DNA of 64,000 nucleotides from Thalia democratica (Eukaryota): NCBI GenBank assembly GCA_965202585.1, contig OZ241829.1, positions 31,434,001 to 31,498,000 of the forward strand, read 5' to 3'. Shown piece by piece: positions 27,001 to 34,000 of this stretch (position 1 is its first letter; each line of letters starts with the position of its first letter). The notes under the pieces were generated by a model. It saw only the letters and a program-made list of their open reading frames with translations, ran no database searches and was not told where the DNA came from. The position numbers and the translations under genes were made by a program.

Positions 27001-29046
27001 GTACACAAGTTATACGCATTGTCAAAACTGACACTTGTTATATTTATCTAAATGTTTTTGTTTGTAAATAGTTAATTTTTAAGTTTGAAACAGTCAATTT
27101 AAAGACATGGTGAAGTTTTAACTTTCAAAATTTCAAAACAGAGGAAGCGACGGTGTTCTGCCAGGCCAGGTCGCACATATCTGACAGATTGGAGGTGTCA
27201 CTAGTGGGCGCCACACCGTCAGTTGCCGATGGCAGGTCACTCATCCGGGTCAGCAAAGACGACAAGTCCAAGTCTCCCTTCAGTTTTGACGTGTTTGATG
27301 GTTTGTCAGCAACTAGTTGTGTTAAATTTTTGTTTTAATTTTGTTTAGACTGGTATGAGAAGTTATAAATGAAAATAACTAAAAACATTTTCTGAAATTA
27401 TTCATTTTTTGTCATAATATTTTTTCACAGTTATAAGTAATTTCCACTAAAACAACTAACTAACTTATAATATAAAGATTTTTTTCATTACTTAAAACAA
27501 TAGCTTGTTTTATATTATTAATATAAAGCTCAATTTTTCTAAATAGGTCATAGATTAAACGAAGAGTTTCACTACGAATTTTTCTATGGTAGTGACAAGA
27601 GCAGAATAGAAATAGAAAATTGTCTCAAAATAGAATTAGTGGGCAAAACTCGCAACCCAAGCAACGGAATTGTCATATTGACTTTCATAGCTGATTTTTC
27701 TCCAATGTTGCCTATGAAGTTTGTTCACTCATTTTTTTGACAATGTCATTAGTTTATATAAGGTTTATTATTTAATTTGCAGTATGAAACAAAAAATCAT
27801 AAAAATAGGTTAAGATTCTATCATCTGATATTAACACTTAACTTTTTAAACTTGAATAAAAGAATTTTTATGGCCGGTTAAGTTTTATACACTTTAACTT
27901 GTTTAAATTTGTGTCTTAAGAAAGTGATGAAAAATTGAAAAAATGTTTATTGTTCTAAATTAATTCTATCTCATTAACTTCAGTTTTAATTTTCTTGAGA
28001 CTCATTTGACTCATAAAATATACAAACAAAGTGCAAATAATTATTTCATTCGAACAGTCACATCACCCAACTGCTGGTTACCTCGGTAACGGGGGGCTCT
28101 TGGGTGTTCCCCCTGAGAATAAGGGCCGGGGAGCCGGAACCTGACGACAAAATAGTGGTGGAATCGAAGGGGGTGGGTCAAACATCTGCGGTCACTTTTT
28201 TGCTGGACAGCAAAACAGAGTCAGTTAGCAGTTGTTGTTTTTTTCTGAGGATAAAATATTTTTTGCATAATTGATCTCATTTGCATTTTTTTCAAATTGC
28301 TAACGTTTAATAGACAATCTGGTGTGAACTTTATACAAGTTTCATTTGTAAAATGATGTATTCAACTGACTTTTGGTTTGTTTTATTGTGTTTGTGTTAT
28401 CAAATAATGACACTAACCTTTACTATCTAATTTTTATTTAAACTGTTAATTTGCTTTGGACGATTAACAATTCTTAATACTTTTATCAAATATGTCAACT
28501 GAACCGAATGCATTTTCAGACACCCAGTTCCCTTTGAAGCGTACTTCTCAGGAGAAAGTGATTCCAGTTTCGCAGTTTCTCCTTGCGTGGGAAATTTGTC
28601 AACAAAGGAGGAGGGAGGGACCAAAATAACCATTTCGTTCACTCCTTGCAAAATCGGTAAAAAATACAAGGGCATGCTGGTTGTGAAGGTGACTTTACTA
28701 AGTTCTAAGACATTTAGTTGACTAGGTTTTTATTTTTTTAAATGTATAAAGGTTTGGTGTACATACACAAATAAAATTAATCTAATTTTTTTACTAAAAC
28801 TTGAGCAAAAAATCTAACTTTTTGCTCCAGACGGTGGAAATGCAGTGGAACTACGAAATTTTAGGGAAATTCCCCGAATACAAGGCGCCCGTGGTGAGGA
28901 CAAAGACGGACTGCGGCCCGCCCAAGACCTTCGTGGCCCACCACCACCGCAACAAGACCAACCATTTGAAGAACAACCTCAAACTGCTGTCCACCGCCGC
29001 CAGCTCGCCGGTGAAGGGCAAGCCCATCATGAAGTCGTTCATATGA
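1..29046 (+). CDS. CFAP47: Cilia- and flagella-associated protein 47, 5'-partial; 48 exons, ~2,590 codons in window (Ig-like/ASH repeats plus calponin-homology domain)
   Basis: Hand-spliced, phase-consistent, all GT-AG, no internal stops. Exons: <1-18, 83-214, 515-653, 1055-1171, 1510-1695, 2123-2251, 2489-2636, 3182-3285, 3744-3994, 4240-4404, 4767-4934, 5286-5417, 5671-5792, 6017-6119, 6386-6537, 6946-7107, 7436-7519, 8015-8082, 8330-8580, 8885-8998, 9413-9514, 9743-10046, 10323-10435, 10636-10810, 11222-11380, 11719-11811, 12054-12166, 12680-12944, 19206-19502, 19785-19968, 20153-20311, 20930-21165, 21516-21710, 21939-22105, 22368-22569, 22817-23052, 24022-24157, 24527-24746, 25129-25368, 25549-25768, 25961-26072, 26327-26420, 26680-26805, 27142-27300, 27547-27718, 28058-28219, 28520-28688, 28831-29046 (TGA). 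Motifs I recognise as CFAP47: WSPILGERGTAFSIRPASG, FHGVYCGS, VAAYDFLLPV, VTATADNSLL, SNIYSLSERIVLSWLNH, NFDADLLDGLVLCA, PNPITMLFLCVYLY. Confidence 0.9.
7560..7648. repeat. Short inverted repeat / mini-MITE
   Basis: gggtatcaag-ttttaccaag ... cttggtaaa-ttgaatat-cttgataccc. Confidence 0.5.
9044..9229. mobile_element. Small foldback/MITE-like element with AAATCCACCC subunits and a conserved central core
   Basis: Left ttcaaaatccacccgcaatcaaaatccaccca; right tgggtggattatgaaacgcgagtagatttcga. Core ttaccgatcgagggttaggggtatcagtgatagtg at 9102-9136. Confidence 0.65.
10323..11811 (+). other. Exons encoding the calponin-homology (CH) domain of CFAP47
   Basis: Spliced peptide SNIYSLSERIVLSWLNHCY...VNFDADLLDGLVLCAALGVYCPWL...ECLHNSLLFIKAMKSL...DITDPNPITMLFLCVYLYQQLP matches the CH pattern (LLxWxN...vnF..dl.DG.vL...i.dpnp..mll....l). 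Confidence 0.8.
13930..14472. mobile_element. hAT-like MITE (543 bp) with a 6-bp TSD, in the large CFAP47 intron
   Basis: 12-bp TIR CAGGGTTCCCAC / CAGGGTTCCTAC. Flanking direct repeat cgtaga (13924-13929, 14473-14478). Repeated subterminal TCCCTAT motifs. Confidence 0.8.
15713..18155 (-). CDS. CCDC96: CCDC96/CFAP184-like coiled-coil axonemal protein (DUF4201), 2 exons, 633 aa, nested antisense in the CFAP47 intron 12945-19205
   Basis: Exon 1 18155-17182 (974 nt, donor AG|gttaca), 541-nt intron, exon 2 16640-15713 (acceptor gtgcacag|G). The junction reads HLCKILR-KSRREEF. Acidic N-terminus, then EELEEMYWEEI...QHHL. The C-terminal LLDHEQMKMEIHRMFETLQERN...AHIKEK...NSKLQSKAGLL...LISDYE resembles the DUF4201 region of CCDC96 more than CCDC113. 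AATAAA on the minus strand at 15667-15662. Confidence 0.8.
18433..18559. repeat. Near-perfect hairpin (~55-bp arms, 15-nt loop) ~280 bp upstream of the CCDC96 ATG
   Basis: aaaagatagtttagaaaaatctacaaat..tgcatattagtt / aactaatatgca..atttgtagatttttctaaactatctttt. Confidence 0.85.
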
Positions 29047-29343
29047 CGTCATAATGATCACTGAAGGATTAAATGATGAAAATTAATGTATCATCGTTCA
29101 TTTTTTTACACTGATGGTTAATTAATTTAGCTTCAACACGGATACTTTTATAAAAATATTCTACGTTTAATTAAAAGTTGTTATTTATTTAATCTTCTGT
29201 AAAACCTTTTGTAACAAATATTACTTAACTGTGAAGATAAATTAAATGTGTAAACTCTGTGATTCTGTTTTACTGTTCTTGCTTTTTTAACGTCCTTTAC
29301 TGTGATGAATTTGTACTGTGATTATTTATTTACAATTTTTATT

Positions 29344-29349
29344 AATAAA
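29344..29349 (+). terminator. Likely CFAP47 polyadenylation signal
   Basis: AATAAA ~300 nt after the stop codon, followed by T/GT-rich sequence. Confidence 0.5.
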
Positions 29350-29634
29350 CACAATGTGCTTTTTTTATCTAGTTGTAGTTCCAACAAAAGCGTTAACAGT
29401 AGTTGTTATTTTCATTTAAAAAGTTTTTTTTTTAGTTTTCATTAAATTAAACTGATTAAAACTTGTATTTTCTATCAAACAATTACTGTAATTACTCTTG
29501 TTTAATTGAATTAATGTTAAGTTTTAATAACAAGTAAGTTAAGTTTTCCTATACAATTCTATAGCAAAAATAACCTCAAGTTTAAAAGTTTTTGAAGTTA
29601 AAACAAAATCGCTACTGTTATCTAAATTTAATTA

Positions 29635-30387
29635 CAGTATACTACCGCTTAGGTACGCACTTTTTTTGGTACGCACCCCGCCTTAAGTACGCACTTAAGT
29701 TTTTCCAGATTATCATATGTTTTCAGGTAGAATGGCCAACTTGCTGAGTGAGCCGGAGACTTTCGCAACTTTTAAACTAGGGTGAGCAATCCTGAGTATT
29801 CTAAAGGGCCTGAGATTGTGACAGTCCTGTTATTGAATGTTAATAAACTAAATACTTTTGTAGTGGTTGCAGAAAAGTGAAAAGAATAATGATATCTGAG
29901 CTGTAATGCTATAAAATAAATAAATCTAGATTACAAAGTTAAAAAAACCTACAAAACAACATAGTTAAATCATAATTAAACTTAAATGTACACACATTGA
30001 TGTTTGGTAAACACAATGTAGTTTGGTCTTTCCCTCTAACAAAACAAAATATGGAAAATATGGCTTGATATTCTTTTTTATATCATTGACTGACATTGTC
30101 TTTCTATATTAAATGTATGTATTAATTATGTAGAAACTTTTTATAGAAAAAATAAATCATTTTAAAATCTATTAAAAAATTGTGCAGATTAGAATTATGT
30201 ATTAAATTATATTTAAAATAAAAAGACTTGTTTATTTAGCTAAATTATTTGGTGGCTAGTTGTAAGAAAGAAAACAAACAACCAAATTTCATTTTATACT
30301 AAGTCGTCAAAAAAAGTACGCACTACCCGTGCTAAGTACGCACTTTTTGGTCGGGTTCAATTTGCGTACTTAAGCGGTAGTCTACTG
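29635..30387. mobile_element. Tc1/mariner-type MITE (753 bp)
   Basis: 25-bp TIRs (CAGTATACTACCGCTTAGGTACGCA; right end reads CAGTAGACTACCGCTTAAGTACGCA on the other strand), TA on both flanks, repeated subterminal GTACGCAC motifs. Absent at the homologous site in the right arm (~37525). Confidence 0.9.
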
Positions 30388-30759
30388 TATTGATTTAATT
30401 CATCTTTTTACACGGTTGCCAGAAGGTCAGGAAAAACTTTTTTTTAAATGACAAAAGTGGGGGTTATTGAAAAATATTAGGGAAATTTAAGAAAAAGATA
30501 GATATTGGCAGTTCAAATTTACGTAATTCCTTATTTCATAAAGCCTTCAAATGGTAAAATCAATTAAAAGTTCTTATGTCAGACTAAAATTGCAAAATTT
30601 TCCTAGAAGTTCACATAATTTCTTAATTTCCAATGTCTTCATCTGGTTTACATTAACGAAATACCCTTTATAAAAATAAAATTTTTCAATTAACGTATTG
30701 AACAACTACCCTACTTGAACAATCAGTTTTTATATGCTTTTTGGTATTGATTATCTGTA

Positions 30760-31034
30760 CAGTGTTGCCAAAAACCTTGAATAATAACATGTAATAAGTA
30801 GTAATATTTTGATTTGACTCGAAAAATCTGTCATATAGATGATTAATTTTTTGTCATCATCAAAAATTTGTTAATTAAAAAACACATTTAAAGAATCTTT
30901 AAGATACTTTTTGCATGTTGATATACTATTTAACACAAATTTTAGCTTAAACTTATATTTAACTAAAAATAGACCCTAAAACGTGTAATTTTAAAAACCT
31001 GGAGGAAATTTGAAAAAACTATTTGGCAGCCCTG
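30760..31034. mobile_element. Small hAT-like MITE nested in the 30411-31987 element
   Basis: Termini cagtgttgcca...tggcagccctg. The segment is absent from the sister copy at ~40785. TSD is degenerate. Confidence 0.6.
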
Positions 31035-31766
31035 TTTGTGTGAAGGAAACTTCTATAGTGAATCTGTGATATATACACAAAAGTTTATAATGTAGAGTTT
31101 AAGAACTTAAGTGTTTTTTGTTTATGTAAATAATAAAGTTCTTTATAATTAAGCACTAAGTTTAGTATTATATGTAACAAGTTTATGTGTATAATATACC
31201 TCTTTATAAATTTTTAAAGCTGTTTAAACTTGAAAAATAAGTTAAAAGAGAGGTACATACTATTGTAATTTTTTGTAGAATATCTTAAGTTTTTAAAATA
31301 AATAAGAGTAGATTTATTTGTTTCAAATTTTATACTAAATGATAAAGGAAACATTTTATATAACAGATATATGGTTTACATTTTTATGTATTTTTTACTC
31401 CTTTTTTTAGTTGAATTTAAATTCAAGGATTTTATATTACATGGTTTGAGTCGTGTTTTATTAAAATAAGTAAACAGCTTATATGAGTATTACATGTTCT
31501 AGATAGATATTTTTTGTTATTAGATACAATTAGCTTTAGGTTATTTTACTACTTTTGTGCTAAATTTGACTATATTTTGCTGACAGAGCTGTTTAGTGAA
31601 AATACATCAATCATACACAGATGGTTCAAGTGATGTAATGGAAGTTAGATGATTGAATTCAGCAAAAAACTGTTGTTTTAACCTGTATAAAAATAAGATT
31701 GAAACATTTAGACTGTTTCAAGTGTTTAATTATGTTTTTTAGAATAACTTTAAATTAAGAGTTTGT

Positions 31767-31926
31767 ATTCTCTTTGAATTTTTATTTAAATAATATTTAT
31801 TCAAGCACTGACGAGGTCTTTGACCGAAACTTGTTTGTAAAAAAAAGTCTTGAAAGAATAAATTCATTATATCTCCTCTAGTAGTTGAGATCTCTTTATT
31901 TGTTTTCTAAGATCAAAACATAAAAT
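31767..31926 (+). mobile_element. 160-bp hammerhead-bearing retro-insert (Penelope pLTR- or retrozyme-like)
   Basis: Flanked by a perfect 13-bp direct repeat attaagagtttgt (31754-31766 and 31927-31939). Absent from the sister hAT copy. Confidence 0.75.
31795..31863 (+). ncRNA. Minimal type-I hammerhead ribozyme motif
   Basis: CTGACGA (31808) - stem II GGTC/ttt/GACC - GAAA - stem III CTT...AAG - cleavage triplet GTC (31847-31849). Helix I ttcaa/ttgaa pairs only with a 3-nt offset (gca). Confidence 0.7.
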
Positions 31927-33589
31927 ATTAAGAGTTTGTTTTAGAAAAGTCAGGAAATTTTTCTCATCTTAATTTGTGGCAACCCTGCCTTTTTAAGAAC
32001 ATTTTTTCGGTTAAATTACAAATTAGTATGTTCGAAACTTTAGTGTAGTATTGTCAGACAACTTGTATTTTAAAACTTACTGATTCACTATTTGTTACCT
32101 CAAGCTACCTTTTTCAAAAGTCTTGTAAAAATATCAAGTTGGTACTTTTGAAGTGCTGAAAAACTGAAAATGATTTGATTTCAAAAAAGGAATATTTTAA
32201 ATATAAGTCTGTTTGTTTCTTTATTTTAAATATTAAATGTTGCCACAAGTGTATATTCGGTTATTATCTTGCCAATATTCCATTGCCTAACATGGTATAT
32301 GTACTAAAGAAAAAATGAAGCTTGTTAAATTACGGTTTCTTCAACTGTCTTAAATTATTGAGTTAAACCCAAGTAAAAAGTGCGAACATATAAGGTGCTA
32401 GAGTTAAAAATATTGGCAGGTGAACACTTTAAAAGTACTGCTTAATCTTTGTTGTACAAACTGTAATGTTTGTTACTGTACTTATAATATTTTTTTCACA
32501 GTTGCTACTTTTTTTTTTGTAAAACCAGAACACTATCTGTCTATTGAAATAAAGACTAAAAGGCTGATTTAATTTTGACACAGTTTGTATAAATAAACAT
32601 TTTGAAACTACTACAATAGAAATTAAACGTGTTAATTGCTTTTTTTAAACTTCACTTGTCTTAAAAATGAAATACAAGTATTCAAGTTTATTTACATTGG
32701 AAAAACCATTGAACTAATTTTAATTCAACTCTTATGAGAAGTTTGATTTCTATTGGTTTACTTATATGCTTTGTTTAATGTATCTAATTTAATAATCTAA
32801 TCTAGATTTTTTGAAAACATTTTCTTTAGATTAATATTATAACTAATATTATTAGTTCAGACATGTTTCTACAACAAAATTTAACATCAAAAACTTTTCT
32901 ATCAACATCTTCAGCAAAAAACAGTCAATACAGATCAATCTTAGCAAAGTTCGAAGTGAACTACTCTATGTGTCTTTCAATTTTTTTTGTTTTAAAATGC
33001 ATGTTTTTAGCTTCCAGTGTTCATAAAACTAACTTAAATCTAAAGCAAGATACAAGACAAAAGTAAAATCATAGATGCAAAAACAAATGCGTAAAGTCAA
33101 TAAATACATATTAATTACTCTTATTTAAAACAGCATTCCTCACAGTGTGCACCTGTACATTGTAGTGCATTGAAAGTGAGGTCATAGAAATTCTTTTAAA
33201 TGTCGTTTTTAGTCGTTTAAAAATATAATAAGCTTCTTGTAAGGTACATTAACAGTTCTTAAGACGTTTACTATGTATTATTATGACAAATTATGTTTTA
33301 TATAATCTAGTGTACGTAGAACTTTTGCAAACCTGAAATTTAAATACTTAAATCTAAAGTAAGTAGCTGTTTATACTGTAATACGCTTTAAATTTGTTTA
33401 GTAATGCTGACATTGTTATTTAAAAACACTGTATTAAAGCTTAATTCTTTTTTTTTTAAACAGTAAACAATACTAGCTTAAAAATTGAACTAGTTCGACA
33501 TTTTAGTACTTAATTGTTCGATTACATAGATTGTTAAACTTATTAAAACCAAGTTATATAAAGATTAAATGCAAAGATTATATATAGAT

Positions 33590-34000
33590 CATAGGTTAAG
33601 TCAAAAATAAAATAAATACTTTTTCATTGATACTTTTAATGCATTATATATGCATATACTTGGTATCATTATATTTAGATTATGTATACTGACTAAGTAC
33701 ATAGATTATACATAGGTTAAAGATTAAGTCAAAATGAAAGCAAAAACACTTTCATTGATATTTTTGATGCATTGTATTTAAATATTTGGTATCATTATTT
33801 AAAGATTAAGTATTTTTTATTAAAAAGTCATAGATTAAGTAAAAAAGAAAGCAAAAATATTCGTTTATATTCTTGGAACACTAGATGTATACGTATTTAT
33901 ATCATTTTATATAGACTAAATATATAGATTGCTTGTAGATCATAGACTAAGTCAAATAGAAAATGAAAACACTTTCACTGATAACTTTGGTGCTTTTTTG
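33590..34000 (+). repeat. Degenerate tandem array of four ~115-bp units; the last unit contains the ATG and signal-peptide codons of the secreted Tg1 gene
   Basis: Units start at 33590, 33711, 33829 and 33941 (catagrytaagtcaaa...). Unit 2 holds the uORF MKAKTLSLIFLMHCI* (33734-33781), versus MKTLSLITLVLFC in unit 4. Confidence 0.8.

Larger units (their letters stand above)
30411..31987. mobile_element. Non-autonomous hAT-like element (1.58 kb)
   Basis: Termini cacggttgcca...tggcaaccctg. 8-bp TSD tcttttta/ccttttta. Empty site in the right arm (~37505). Shares internal blocks with the 40371-41896 copy (e.g. attgaacaactaccctacttgaacaa, atacatcaatcatacacagatggttcaagtgatgtaat). Confidence 0.85.
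29062..32699. repeat. Left arm of a large inverted duplication (CFAP47 3'UTR plus downstream DNA), interrupted by two TE insertions
   Basis: 29062-29634, 30390-30410 and 31988-32699 are the reverse complement of 36801-38070. Examples: tgaaggattaaatgatgaaa (29062) vs tttcatcatttaatccttca (38051); gaaactactacaatagaaattaaacgtgttaattgc (32604) vs gcaattaacacgtttaatttctattgtagtagtttc (36864). Confidence 0.95.
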
